Part shown: one piece after another, positions 13,201-23,912 of the stretch | Position numbering within the stretch: the first letter of the stretch is position 1 | How the letters are laid out: the number at the start of each line of letters is the position of its first letter | Assembly: GCA_044892505.1 (NCBI GenBank) | Contig: CM097883.1 | Location: 439,890,001-439,954,000, forward strand | DNA from: Schmidtea nova | Taxonomy: Eukaryota | Direction: 5' to 3' | Length of the DNA stretch: 64,000 nt | The notes under the pieces: model-generated | Seen by the model: the letters and a program-made list of their open reading frames with translations, nothing else | Told to the model about the DNA's origin: nothing | Databases searched by the model: none | Made by a program: the position numbers and the translations under genes

Positions 13201-16200
13201 CGACTTGTGGAGGCTCATCGTCGGTTCCCCCTGTCCAAGTTAGTGCCCACATTTAACACTGGCGCTGTGCATGACAGCATGTCCACCATTCGTCGCGCAT
13301 TACATTTTCATGATTTCTGTGGCAGATACTGCGTAAGGAAGCCTTTGATTACAGAAACAATTCGTCTTCGTCGCTTGAAGTGGTGCCGGGAGAGAAGGAG
13401 TTGAACAGCAGAACAATGGCGCTCAGTCATTCGGAGTGATGAATCACGTTTCACTCTTTTCAAAACTGATGGATAACAATTCTGCTAGTGTCATGTAAAA
13501 GAATGATTTCACCATGACTGCATTCAGCCAACTGAGAAATATGTAGGAGGCTCTATTATGTTTTGGAGGCTTTTCTTAGCTAGTGGAACTGGCCCTCTAG
13601 TGAAGTGAAGCTATCACATGACGTCAGAGCAATACAGTGCCATTCTGGAAATGAGCTTGTTCTCTTTCTTACAGAAATTGAAGGGCTCATTTCCAACAGG
13701 ATAATGCCCCAATCCATACTTCGCACATTATGAATGAATTCTTTCTGCAGAACAGCTTCAACTTTTTGGATTGGGTTCCACAAAGCTCTGATCTGAATCC
13801 TATTGAGTTTCTGTGGGACATCCTTGGTAGCCGAGTTCGCAAAAGGATTCCCATTGCCCGTAACGCATCTGCACGAGGAATGGTCACACATCTCCCTTGA
13901 TTTCCTGACAAAAGTGGTCGATACAATGCCTAAACGAGTGCGCCTTGTTATCCAGATGAAAGGTAATATAACGAAGTATTAACTCTCTCAGCACTACAGA
14001 CATTCAGTATTCGTGTGTGTTTGTGACATTTGTTCTCATTGCTGTTCATTATAAACTGCAATATGTAAATAACTGCCTGACTGGAGNNNNNNNNNNNNNN
14101 NNNNNNNNNNNNNNNNNNNNNNNNNNNNNNNNNNNNNNNNNNNNNNNNNNNNNNNNNNNNNNNNNNNNNNNNNNNNNNNNNNNNNNNNNNNNNNNNNNNN
14201 NNNNNNNNNNNNNNNNNNNNNNNNNNATCGTATAAATTATGTGCATTTATCAAATTAAGGCATGCGACAAACATTTACCTCAAATCTCAACCGGAACTGG
14301 AAATTAGATAAGTGGTTAACTTTAAATGATTATTCAAAAACCAAAGTGACCATAATTCTTACATTAAATCTGCATTTTCCACTTCATGCTTTTGATTAAT
14401 CTCATCTACCGTATCTCGAGTGTCTAAATAAGTTCCTCGGAATTTGACGCAAATCTTCAAAGCGTTTTTAAAATTTATTAAGTTCTAAAATAAATAGATT
14501 TTAAGTAGTAATCTAAAAAAATGAAATTAAAAATACTTCTTTTGCATCTTTTTTCTGATAGTCCCCGAGAACTGAATATACTTTTTCAATTACTTTATTG
14601 GTAAAAATTTTCAGAAATCTGTATATATTTTCCTCTAAATGATAGTATCTAAAACAAAATTAAAAATGGAATAAAATCTCTGAAAAATAAAACACCCCAA
14701 GATAATATTGAATTAGTTATTATGAAATGTTCGTTTTTATGATTAAATTTTAAAGTTGGAGGGAATGCCCAACCTCTATTAATTTTATTATTTACTTAAA
14801 AGATTTTAGTACAAATTGAGACCGCACACCTTTCTAAAAATCAAATAAATAAGCGCATAAATTATCAATGTTTTAAGCAAGTTTACGATTCTGTTTGGTC
14901 GCATTCGTTACAGTGCTGTGCCGTATGTTGGACAATCTTGCTGTAAAGTCTCACAAGTAAATTAAAATAAGAATATCGGTAATGTTGAAGAATTTCTTTA
15001 AATTTAATTTGTAGCGGTTTTAAAATCGCAATCAACTTTTTTAGCAGCATTTCTTAAAGATTTGTGTTAAGATTGTTATTATAAATATCACAAATTTTTA
15101 AAATCTTTTCATCAAAAACTGATGGTCAATGTAGTGCCTCCGTTATTTATATGTTATTATATTATTTAATTAAATATCATATTATTTATATATTAAAATC
15201 AATTATCAATTTATTTATATAAAAAAAATCAATTTGTTTAAATCACAAAAAAATGGCACTTTTCACCTTATTTAAAAAAACCAAATGCAAAAAGGAATTT
15301 AAAGAAATGGAAGCTGAACCAATTAAAACCAAACGCAAACCACAAAGTTACCCATTGAATGTTGTAATGAAAAAGAATGCAAATCGGACAAATGAATTCA
15401 GTGATCACAAGAGGCGATTGAGACAATCAATCACCCCAGTGATTGCTACAAGCACAAAGATTGATATTTCTACCATTGATATACCAGAGCGCATTCAAGA
15501 CAGCTATTTCATGAAGGAAAAGAAGACGAAATCAACTGAGAAATCTGATGATATATTTGCAGCTAAGAAAGAACAATTTGTTTTATTAAATATATTTTCA
15601 GCTGCTATATTTATCTTATTAAATATATTCGCAGCAGCTAAAGTCAACGTCATATAAACTTCGTCAAAAGCAAAACTATTCCTATATTTTCGTTAAAGGA
15701 GAGCATTATCACAATTTGAATTAATGTTATTGTAAAACAAATAACACTGTTAAAAAATATTATTAAAAAAATTTTTAATAGATTTTGTATGTTACTTTTG
15801 TTGAGGTTTGTTTGAACAGACAAGAAATAAAATAAAAATCACAAAAACTAAGTGTAAATCAATAAAAACATCTAAATTCAATAAGTAATTGAAAAATTGA
15901 AAAATTAATTAAAAGGTTTAGAAAAATTAAAAATAAATATTTTGTGGGGGGAAACTTGTTTTTGACGGATGCCAAATGCTAAGACGAATCCGAATATAAT
16001 AATATAAAGCCAATGGGGAACCCAGGAAATAAATATTAAGATAATACAAAATTAAGAAAAGAAAATTAAAATAAAACATGAGTGGTATTAAAAAACCCGT
16101 GTCAACAACAAAATTATCAAATTACCAAAAGAAATTAGACAACTAAAGGAAGCACGAGTTGTCAACAAGTAACTCTATTACCGCAACCAGATTAACTATA

Positions 16201-19200
16201 GGGAAACCCCGGAGTAAAAAGAAAACATGAGCAGCAAGGGGAATCCGAATTTTAGAAGTATTAATCAGTTTTTGGCAAATTGATTGAAAGACGCCGCCCT
16301 GTAATTAAATAAAAATCAGGAAAATATTCATTTAGAAAAATACTCTAAAAGAAGGAAACAAATTCATTATTCTCGCAAGTTGGTCGAAGTGATATTTGAG
16401 TAAATTCAAAATTAACGAACATCTAAGAAATAGGAATTGTGAAGAAGATAGTATATGCAAATCTAATCAAATCTGCGTACTAGAAAGGACATTTTCCGAT
16501 TGAGACATTTACCCTATGGAAACAAAAAGCTGAAGGCATAATAAGTGTTATTGACAAGTGTATATTTTGCGCTAGAATAAATAAAAGTAATGGTGTTGGA
16601 CGATTTTGATTGATTTTAAATAAGAACACGAGGAGTCAGACATTAATACCAACTTGAAATAAAATCCCAACACTTTTAACACAGTTTATGCTTCACTAAA
16701 TACGAGTGACTAACTTAGTAATTCTTAGTGGATAAACCTTTGTAACTATAGAACTAAGAAAAGCGTTGAAGACAATTTTGCCATGTTGTTCATAAAATGA
16801 ATTAGATGCTTGAATTTGTACGGAAGCGGTCTGCCGAATATTGACCATAAGGAAGAAATGCAAATTTTAATCCATTCAATTTTTTAGATAAAATTAAAAA
16901 AATATAAGTTATGGCGTTGTCATTAGACGAAGGCGGCCATTTCCGATGAATCCATATAGAGAGATTTTCTTGCAAATTTTGACAGGTTTAAATTGTATTA
17001 TATTTTACTTATAGTACCCCTCAAATTATGTGAATGGTGCTTTCAATTTTTTTCAATTTTTTTTCCTCCAAATTTTCAGATTTTTTTACTTTTTGTTCTA
17101 TGAAAATCAGATTTTGCGATTGCGAATTTGGTAATTTTTTGCTGGGAATTTCATTTTATACAGTGAAGTTGGCAATGATGTGAGTTTATTGCCAAAGATT
17201 TGGCGGTTTTTTTTTCGCTAACAAATAAATGCCCACATAAATTTTCTGCCGCTCATGTTGTGAAAAAAAATTAGAGGGAACGTTGATGATAACATAATTA
17301 TGTAACCTAAATGAGATAATTAATTAATTTTCACTTCAGCTGATATTTAATCGAATATTACTGCATTTTGCATAATTTTCGTTTCGAAAATTTTCACAGA
17401 TTATTTCAAACACTTTTGTCAGAACCCTAAAGCAACTGTTACTTATATTCAAAAGTCAATTTGTGGAAAAATACGTTTTATTCTCCAATTAATTATTAAT
17501 TAATAAATAACAAAATAAGCCTTTGCTGCAAAATTTTATTCAGTGAAAGTTTTCAATTAAAAAATGGATAAAATATATTCGCGCATACATTTTGTTTGAT
17601 TTACATAAAATTACTTCATCACACAAATTTTATTTTTTACACTTAAATTTAGAAAATGCCTTTATATTGGCACATTATTTTACTACATAGCACACAAATT
17701 TAGAAAGTTATTAATATTAATCATCCCGGGTGTTCTATGCAAGATATTTATATTATGTTTAAATTATAGACAATATCTTTTTAAAATTTTACATTATTAT
17801 AGGGTAAATAGCAAGATCAAAGATTAACTGGACTTTAGCATCAAATGATAATGAATTGCAGAATGAGATTGCAACTGGCCGCTGGAGCATAAGAACCTCC
17901 CGAATAGGCAAACGTTGTTCAAAGGAATTTTATCCAGAAAATATTATACTAAAAGTCAATTATGGATTTGAAAGTTGGAAAGCTGTTATCTGTTCTTGCT
18001 GGAATTATGTTAAGACCAAAAAAATGCGTTTACGTCTATCTATATCTGAAAGAGAAAGGAAAGTTGGCTTTAATCAATGTGACCCTGCTTAGTGAAAGAA
18101 AAAAGCGTGGTAGGCCAAAGAAAGTAAAGGCTAATACTAGTTTAACAAGGCAACTTGTCTAATAAATGGTTTCTTAAACATTTTAATATATTTTTTGCAT
18201 CCATTTTTTATATTGTCACTCTTATAAAATTTAAGACAGTAATTAATGATGTTAGAGCTCAAAATCTTGCATAGAACCCTCGGAACAATTAATATTAATA
18301 ACTTTCTAAATTTGTGTGACTTGTAGTAAAATTATGTGTCAATATAAAGGCATTTTATAAATTTAAGTGTTAAAAATAAAATTTGTGTTTGATGAAGTAA
18401 TTTTATGTAAATCAAATAAAATTGATGTGCGAAAAATACCCAAACATTAATTAAATATTATATAATTAATAATTAATAATTAACAAAATAAGCATTTGCT
18501 TCAAAAGTTTATTTGGTGCAAATTTTCGACTTTAAAATAATCCTTATTAATCTTCTATCAAAGACTGATAAAGATTATTTTTTAATGGTTGGGTATTTTT
18601 CGAACATAAATTGTATTTTATTTGCATAAAATTACTTCATCACACACAAATTGTATTTTTTCCACTTAAATTTATAAAATGCATTTATATTGACTTTCTA
18701 ACTTTCTAAATTGGTTTGCCCTGTGGTAAAATAGTGTGCCAATATAAAGGCTTTTTCTAAATTTAAGTGTCAAAAATAAGATGTGTGTGATGAAGTAATT
18801 TTATGGAAATCAAATAAAATTTATGTGCGAATATATTTTTATCCTTTAATTAATGCTGCTACCAAGAAACCCCTCCCCTTTTATTATCTTAGGACAGAAG
18901 CCATAATACGACCAAGATAAATAGTTTCATATTATATAATGTTTTAAATTAATTTAAATTTAACTTAACATTTTATTATCATTAACCTCTCTTATTTTCA
19001 TCTTTTATCTTTTCGTTTCTGTCAGAAATTTTCATATTTTTTATATATACAGAATTGAAAAAGTCTGTTCCGAGAATTTGAGTAACTTTTAAAAAATATT
19101 TTGATCTACATCGTGACAAATTATAAGTAGAATATTATGTTAATTTATTTACGCTTCGTCATCTTTCTAAATGTCAGCTGCTATTTTATTTACTAGATTA

Positions 19201-21184
19201 GTTGTAAAGTTGTGAAATATTGCCATTGGAAGTTTATATAAAATATCATATTACTTGTTAAATTTCCATAGTAAAAACATTAATCTCAATAATGCGGGAA
19301 TCAGAGAAGCGATCTTTTCAGTTTTTTCAGCTTCATCAAATTTTTGAAACCATTCAGCAATCGGATTTAAATATTTTAACATTTCCTTCGTATAGAGTTT
19401 TTCTTCGCTAATTTCTATAATGAGATTGACAAACGAGTGATAGTATTGAGAATCCACCCGTTCCAAGTTTGATAAAATTTCTTTCGTAATTGGTAAATGC
19501 AATTGCTTCTGAACATTGACAACCGTTTCAAGATGGGACTGCCATAATCCTATTTCAGAAAGAGGAGTGTTCGTTTCGTCATTTTGCTTCTTAATTATAT
19601 TCTCTCTTAGGAGTATTATCTAAAATAATTTTATTTATCATTAGTAATATAAAATATTTAGTATTATTACTATTATTATAAGTAATATTATTTTAACTTT
19701 TTAAAAAATTATTTATTCAAATTCTAATATAATAAAAATTCGCATCAACGGTTTATCTTGTCACTTAATAATTGTGTAACATTAAATAAATCCTGCAATA
19801 AAAAATTACTACTATTACTNNNNNNNNNNNNNNNNNNNNNNNNNNNNNNNNNNNNNNNNNNNNNNNNNNNNNNNNNNNNNNNNNNNNNNNNNNNNNNNNN
19901 NNNNNNNNNNNNNNNNNNNNNNNNNNNNNNNNNNNNNNNNNNNNNNNNNNNNNNNNNNNNNNNNNNNNNNNNNNNNNNNNNNNNNNNNNNNNNNNNNNNN
20001 NNNNNNNNNNNNNNNNNNNNNNNNNNNNNNNNNNNNNNNNNNNNNNNNNNNNNNNNNNNNNNNNNNNNNNNNNNNNNNNNNNNNNNNNNNNNNNNNNNNN
20101 NNNNNNNNNNNNNNNNGCCAACTCAGTAAATTCAACATAAACGCGATATATTTCGATTGTATAACAATCTTCGTCAGGCAGCAATCAGGACAATCAATAA
20201 TAAAATAGAAAATATGCCAAATCTAAACAAATTAATTAATAATAATCATTTCCATACTATATATAAATTTTAATTTTAAAAAATTTTAATTTAATTTATT
20301 TTATTACAAAAAAAATTTTTATAAAAATTAATTAATAAGCAAACAACATTTTACATAATACAGCATACGTATTTTTTTTAAAAAATAAAATTTAATTTAA
20401 TAAAATTTTAAAATTCAACATAAAATTTACAAATTTAAAAAAATATTAAAATGTTCACTAAAAACAAACATAATTATACCACAAACACAATTCGCAACAT
20501 TCAACATCCAGTTACTTAAACACATTCAAAATATCCGTGGAACGGGCAACTTGATCATTTATTTTTTGATTTAAATATCTAATCAACAATGCCTCACAAG
20601 GTACTCGTTCCCAATAATTACTCAAACCTTTTGAAATAATTTTAAAATCAGAGATACCAATTTGTTTACTGACACATTTCCTAAAATGATCACTAATATT
20701 AGTCAGTCCTTTTAGTCGACAATGCTCAAGAACTCGGATGCAGAGGTGACGGACAGTCTCTCCATTGTATGTGGCATTACACCCATTACATGAAAATTGC
20801 CCGTCCCACGGATATTTTGAATGTGTTTAAGTAACTTAACGTTGAATGTTGCGAATTGTGTTTGTGGTATAATTATGTTTGTTTTTTGTGAACATTTTAA
20901 TTATTTTTTTTAATTTGTAAATTGTTTGTTGAATTTTAAAATTTTATTAAATTATATTTTATTTGTTAAAAAATGAATGTTGTATTATGTAAAATGTTGT
21001 TTGCTAGTATGGAGATGATTATTATTAATTAATTTGTTTAGATTTGGCATATTTTCTATTTTATTATTGATTGTCCTGATTGCTACCTGACGAAGATTGT
21101 TATACAATCGAAATATATCGCGTTTATGCTGAATTGACTTAGTTGGCGTTTTTCTATTATTAAATCATTGCCACGTTTTTTTGA

Positions 21185-21257
<73 letters not shown>

Positions 21258-21610
21258 TACCTTTATTTGCTTACACCAATTAATAACTGTAGTTTCAAGA
21301 ACATGTAAAACTGTCGCTTTACGTTTGTCAATACTTAATACATCTTGTAGTACATCTAAATTTGGTTGAAAGAGAACTATTTGATCCTTGCTGAACCCGT
21401 CGGCAACTTGCAAATTTGCGATCAGTCTATGTACAATGTCGAGCATTTTATCCGAGAAATTCGGGTTGATCTCACTGTGATCTTGTATTGATGGGATTTT
21501 TAACGTTTCCGTTGCATTTGAGCATGCCAATGGAAGAAATACATCGCGCATTATCGTTTCGGAAAATTCTATTATATTTTCATTTATATCGATTGTTGCG
21601 GTTTCCCGTT
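413..21610 (-). CDS. Dynein heavy chain, N-terminal tail (DHC_N1) region, multi-exon, probably axonemal; continues beyond the window start
   Basis: Exons with canonical GT-AG ends: 21261-21610, 19255-19619, 14363-14484, 11726-11920, 9338-9569, 2609-2728, 2384-2557, 538-641, 413-491. Phases match at every junction except 19255/14484, where an exon is missing. Motifs follow DHC_N1 order: VFLPL, LETTVINWCKQIK, PLSEIGLWQSH, KYLNPI, FDSLNRFIQRCND, KIGG, NLEEVLGNII, KNSPLL, YIEEW...LRQPIL. First exons not located. Confidence 0.85.
1318..1856 (-). mobile_element. Internally deleted hAT (Buster/Charlie-like) DNA transposon
   Basis: C-terminal dimerisation motif LLPFSTSYLCETGFS...K.R..L.IEKELRV; EWVRDPY motif; terminal CAGCGCTTCTCAACC on the minus strand at 1856. 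Confidence 0.8.
2384..2728 (-). CDS. Two dynein heavy chain exons (2609-2728 and 2384-2557)
   Basis: NLEEVLGNIIDNSLDICPTVESKLHLIEVF and KNSPLLINRVVTLRSFRERIS; 51-nt GT-AG intron between them. Confidence 0.85.
3050..5971 (-). CDS. pol: Pol (protease-RT-RNase H-integrase) of gypsy element 1, -1 frame relative to gag
   Basis: LVDSGA protease, YIDD RT, TDASD...ELLA...TDHKPL RNase H, HHCC zinc finger and D-D-E integrase core; no internal stops. Confidence 0.95.
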   Translation of the reverse strand, partial: GKRSRISLMSTTEILDNSQQSTKIQAIFTVPVLQSNKTHNFLVDSGADVSVIPADAFTPDLRDGPIKLVSANNCSIKTYGSKVLHFRIAGIEQNFKWSFVVADVTRPILGADFLAKHKFVIDCRNAKIYIAENTKKARATTDPDEINSILLEHALEIETACPPIAQSARRLSGKYLDVVEKEFNELIAKGIMRESKSNWASPLVIVKKKDGSIRPCGDYRLLNAATKSDRYPLPRITDMLHQLGGSRIFSTIDLEKAYHQIPISVNDIPKTAIITPFGLYEYLKMPFGLKNASQTFQRFMDKLLRPYREFARAYIDDIIIFSKSREEHLNHLSIIRKVVEDANLSINENKCCTTQTEVKFLGFNISGSGISPQSDKIQAISLCPRPNDPKSLRRFIGAVTFYHWLTPNLAEVMAPLHDLVSVSIKDKRKFLWTEQHTLSFEAAKKKLQEIVELTPPNSKQTFILCTDASDIGIGASLNHRNCDGKLTPISFFSRKLNNTERKYSTFDRELLAVYLAIKNFKHHLEGNSFELLTDHKPLIYLNTMKEPSNRQWRWIQFISEFDVKIHHIRGKDNLVADFLSRQMGTSDNVNEETNIHSLQITKTEIIQQQREPSFLKMLEAFPSFETQKNEDGMIVNMSTGSQRIVLPESHQLVEFKRLHNICHPGANATIKLISSKYVWPRMRAQIRRWCKNCEKCQKNKITRHTRSALKKLPNLGKFKVIHVDIVGPLPQVNNKKYILTIIDRHTSWPEAIPISEITSEIITRTLETEWICRYGAPEIIITDNGKQFISATFREMCQRFNADHRHTTPYHPQCNGKVERFHRTLKTAIRAHSDDAPRRWANELPSILLGLRNVVSEETNVSPSQSVFGTDGRLPGDVIVRRKRNQNWKPFLPSELKESTHVWLKAESRTALKPVYDGPYKVISRSSDFKTFEIQLPTRTLRVSVDKLKAAHLQESKSHSMTSVEGYVAKSIK
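5947..6726 (-). CDS. gag: Gag of gypsy element 1
   Basis: 259-aa ORF; PIFF...AWF.Q N-terminus; C-x2-H-x9-C-x3-C (CYFHRRFGKDARKCEQPC) knuckle typical of the CsRn1 clade. Confidence 0.88.
   Translation of the reverse strand: MMNFEKDNIGVRSVAHESSHMHMKMPIFFDNVVAWFQQVDAALELASIKNEKSKYFHLLTSLPPRILEEYSDLLDPHIKLPYSTLKDAIIGESKGSITEAANKLLQKQELGDRKPSQLLRELKRNYKLMEPNGNPQTSQILRFQFINCMPIHIQHLLVSKEADIDELANIANVHMSIEHHVISQVENLPPTESQYQQQIENLQNQINAIKSNSKLNQYNKLSTENPICYFHRRFGKDARKCEQPCHWNKSYSGKGQGSL
7891..8301. mobile_element. Possible piggyBac-like MITE
   Basis: TTAA at 7887-7890 and 8302-8305; imperfect inverted ends CTC...ATGCAT. Confidence 0.4.
9338..9569 (-). CDS. Dynein heavy chain exon (CNDCVELL...FRSIVK)
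   Basis: aaatag acceptor, gtaag donor; F..L.KIGG and F..F motifs of DHC_N1. Confidence 0.85.
9620..9806. repeat. Tandem duplication of a ~94-bp unit
   Basis: gtcacactcaatagctatttagctggg...ctgtcttttttcat appears twice back to back near a gap; could be an assembly artefact. Confidence 0.75.
10146..10929 (-). pseudogene. Intronless NAE1/APP-BP1-like (NEDD8-activating enzyme regulatory subunit) pseudogene
   Basis: SFGEAIK...LLEDPR...KAFWILVAASKDFI...*PLRGDIPEMTADTERY matches the recalled NAE1 motif FWIL..ALK.F....LP.RG.IPDM.ADS..Y. In-frame TAG stops at 10600 and 10216; runs into a gap. Confidence 0.7.
11492..11528 (-). ncRNA. Planarian spliced-leader (SL) exon-like sequence, truncated before the terminal ATG
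   Basis: GCCGTTAGACGGTCTTATCGAAAACTATATAAAACTT matches 35 of 37 nt of the S. mediterranea SL exon as recalled (GCCGTTAGACGGTCTTATCGAAATCTATATAAATCTTATATG). No ATG|GT donor or Sm site follows. Confidence 0.75.
11726..11920 (-). CDS. Dynein heavy chain exon (...KWPARNSPCFDSLNRFIQR)
   Basis: Phase 2 in and phase 2 out, matching both neighbours; W...F..L..F..R motif. Confidence 0.8.
12360..12738 (-). mobile_element. 3' end of a hAT (Buster/Charlie-like) transposon
   Basis: CAGTGGTTCTCA terminus at 12360; LLQFSTSYLHESGF...IENELRV dimerisation motif; interrupted by the Tc1 element. Confidence 0.75.
12743..14086 (+). mobile_element. Tc1-like DNA transposon, decayed transposase
   Basis: RSGR, RKPL, SDESRF, GGSIMFW, FQQDNAPIH, SSDLNPIE.LW motifs with stops and frameshifts; long TIRs (12764ff vs 13980-14086); TA at the left end; right end in a gap. 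Confidence 0.9.
14363..14484 (-). CDS. Dynein heavy chain exon (NLINFKNALKICVKFRGTY...)
   Basis: ttttag acceptor, gtaag donor; phase matches exon 11726-11920. Confidence 0.7.
17460..18850 (+). mobile_element. MULE-like foldback element with transposase C-terminal remnant
   Basis: Alternating direct and inverted copies of a ~250-300-bp unit; spacer 17800-18160 encodes CSC-x7-C (SWIM-like, frameshifted) and RKKRGRPKK...LTRQ. Confidence 0.65.
19255..19619 (-). CDS. Dynein heavy chain exon (IILLRENII...LLWKFN)
   Basis: Phase-0 join to the preceding exon; TPLSEIGLWQSHLETV, SQYY, KYLNP motifs. Confidence 0.85.
20142..20180 (-). ncRNA. Minimal type I hammerhead ribozyme (Penelope pLTR)
   Basis: TGC-CTGACGA-A-GATTG/TTATA/CAATC-GAA-ATATAT-C|GCG: full core, 5-bp stem II, palindromic stem III, 3-bp stem I. 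Confidence 0.7.
21084..21122 (+). ncRNA. Minimal hammerhead ribozyme, inverted pLTR copy
   Basis: Same core as 20142-20180 on the opposite strand; one stem I mismatch (TAC instead of TGC). Confidence 0.6.
21184..21255. repeat. (TAT)n microsatellite
   Basis: Directly visible. Long (TA)n runs also occur at about 22379-22431, 45351-45428, 56927-56996 and 58436-58502. Confidence 0.95.
21261..21610 (-). CDS. Dynein heavy chain exon (RETATID...WCKQIK)
   Basis: AG at 21611-21612, donor gtaata; DHC_N1-like VFLPL and HVLETTVINW. Confidence 0.85.
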
Positions 21611-22035
21611 CTAATAGGAATAAATATCGATATTGATATTGGGTAATAGCAAATAATAAATATCTAATAAACATAATAATTTTTTTTGGTTTTCGGATGA
21701 CTGACTGATTAAAATAATGTTTCCAATGTGATATTAGATTTCACTCAGAATTGAGTTTATAACCAGACCAAACAGTCTGTCTACCATCCCACCAAGCCAC
21801 ATTCAATATAAGAATTTTTGAACCCCTCTCATCAAATGTACATAAATACATTTGATATCTTACAAATTACGAGTATAAATAACTCATATCACTCCTATAT
21901 TATCATAGGGGCAAGCACGGTTCATGATTGTAATCGCATTGGATGGAGGTACGTAATCAAATAAATATAAATCGCATAACATAATTATAATTTTTGAAAA
22001 ACATTTGTCGGATGACTGTTTGTTTTTTAAACAAG

Positions 22036-22330
22036 TGATAAAATGTAAAGCTTTGGGATACCCAGTGAAAATCCTAATAGCAGACTAGTTTTGGCTCTCA
22101 TCAGTGCTATGCAGGAGACCCTAAAATTGCTATTCACACCAGGTAAGTATAAAACAAAGTCGAAACAACTTTGTTAAATACTATTCCTGGTACACCGGAT
22201 ATCAAATCACTTGAAAATTCAGGGAAAAGCAATGCGTGAAGAGCGATTTTCGCGTCTCCTGCATAGCACTGATGACAGCCAAAAGTCTGCTATTGGGGAT
22301 TTGCACTGGGTATCACAAAGCTTTATCTTT
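22036..22330. repeat. ~80-bp inverted repeat pair with degenerate hammerhead motifs
   Basis: Arms at about 22036-22120 and 22253-22330; ATAGCA-CTGATGA-GAGCC-AAAACTAGTC|TGCTAT on the minus strand at 22077-22110. Confidence 0.6.
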
Positions 22331-22376
22331 AATTATAAATGATCTTTTAAAATCTCTTAAATATATTACTTATTCA

Positions 22377-22436
<60 letters not shown>

Positions 22437-23912
22437 CAGAAAATTTTCCCTTGTAATAAGATTAGAACTATTAACCTTTCTACAACCCTGTGGCACTTGC
22501 GTTTCAATATAAAATCTTGATTATGTACGTAAACCAAAATATTTTACATATTTTCTTTTCAACATATGGAAAATCTAGAACGTATGTTTTTGGTAATTTT
22601 AAACTAAAAAAACGCCAAAGTACTTCTATGAATTTTAGATATTTTTTAACGAAGAATATCCTGTAATATTCAATAAAGCTATTAAGGCATAATTAAGTTT
22701 CTTTTCAATATCGTATTCGTGAAAATAAGATCTTTTACAAGAAAGAATCCAAAATTTCCAGGAAAATTCTAGTATTATAAGGCCAAACATTAAAGAGATG
22801 AGTAAAAAATATCAAGAATAGTTTTTTCATTAAATAGAATAGTTGATGTAATAATAATTTGATATTTAATATATTTCTAATTCACATATTATTATGTATA
22901 ATAAATAATATATGATGACATAATCTGATGATCAGACATTATAGATTAATGAAGCCAACATGCAGATATTCATACGAAATAAATATAGTAGTTACAATCT
23001 ATTCATAATTCATACTAACAATTTATCAAATTAAAATATATATTTTTTTAACAGTGCCAACTTGATAACATTAAAACAAAGTCAATTATTGAACATCACT
23101 TTAGTTATAACATAATATAAGGGTCAGAAATACCATTGCACATTTGATTTACACTACTGTTATTTATTAATTAAATTGTTATTAGTAAGAAAAATAATTT
23201 AATTATAGTATAAATATTAATAATACAATATTTATTTTTTAAAGTAAACAATTTCGTATAACACACAAGGTTTAAAAATAAAAATATTCATATCGTTTTG
23301 ATATTATTTCCCGTATTAAAATCCAGTACACTATTCGAATGATGTTTCTGGTTATCATCTTTTAATCTTTCTAATATTATCTTCAGTCATGGACTAGCAA
23401 AAAACTACCATAAAATTAAAGTGTTTCTACATGAATGTCAATAATTGCAATGATATTCGATTTTCTTATAATACACACTTTTTTAACAAAAGAAATTGTG
23501 GATTTTAGGAAAATAAATACGGTAATTATATTATTATAGACTGTTATATAATATGAATACAGTTGCTGTAGACTGGTCGAGAAATAAGAATAGTTGGTCT
23601 GTTTGAGAAAATTATGTTTCAAAAATAAGTTGGTCAGCACTGTGTTTGTAACAGTAAAATTGTAAAGTTATTTATGATTGAAGAAAAATCTTCTGCGGAT
23701 GGCATAGAAACAAGTACGTCTCTTGATTTGTTTCAGTTTAACATAAAACATAGATACGGTTTTAGTTACTTTGTAGGACGGAAAACGGAATTTCCATAAG
23801 CCAAATCTTATAGTGGTTTCCTAAATTGTTGTACCTTCGATCTTTTTCGTTGAAAATTATTAATTCCCTTTCACATTTGGTAGCAATCTAAGTTGATAAA
23901 TACTGTTCCTAT

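Larger units (their letters stand above)
20117..21147 (-). mobile_element. 5'-truncated Penelope-like element with inverted pseudo-LTR
   Basis: GIY-YIG remnant at 20512-20796 (FSCNGCNATYNGETVRHLCIRVLEH...DFKII...EALLI...INDQ) between inverted arms 20117-20548 and 20797-21147. Confidence 0.85.

Noticed and set aside
15253-15657. 134-aa plus-strand ORF in a dynein intron
   Set aside because: Low complexity, ends in a local duplication, and no family recognised.
21181-21369. Poly-Tyr and poly-IY ORFs (also 22236-22520, 45304-45564, 56902-57102)
   Set aside because: Translations of (TAT)n and (TA)n microsatellites.
23720-23812. Candidate upstream dynein exon ETTIRFGLWKF...MFYVKLKQIKR
   Set aside because: Phase fits exon 21261-21610, but the donor is weak and similarity is too slight to support.
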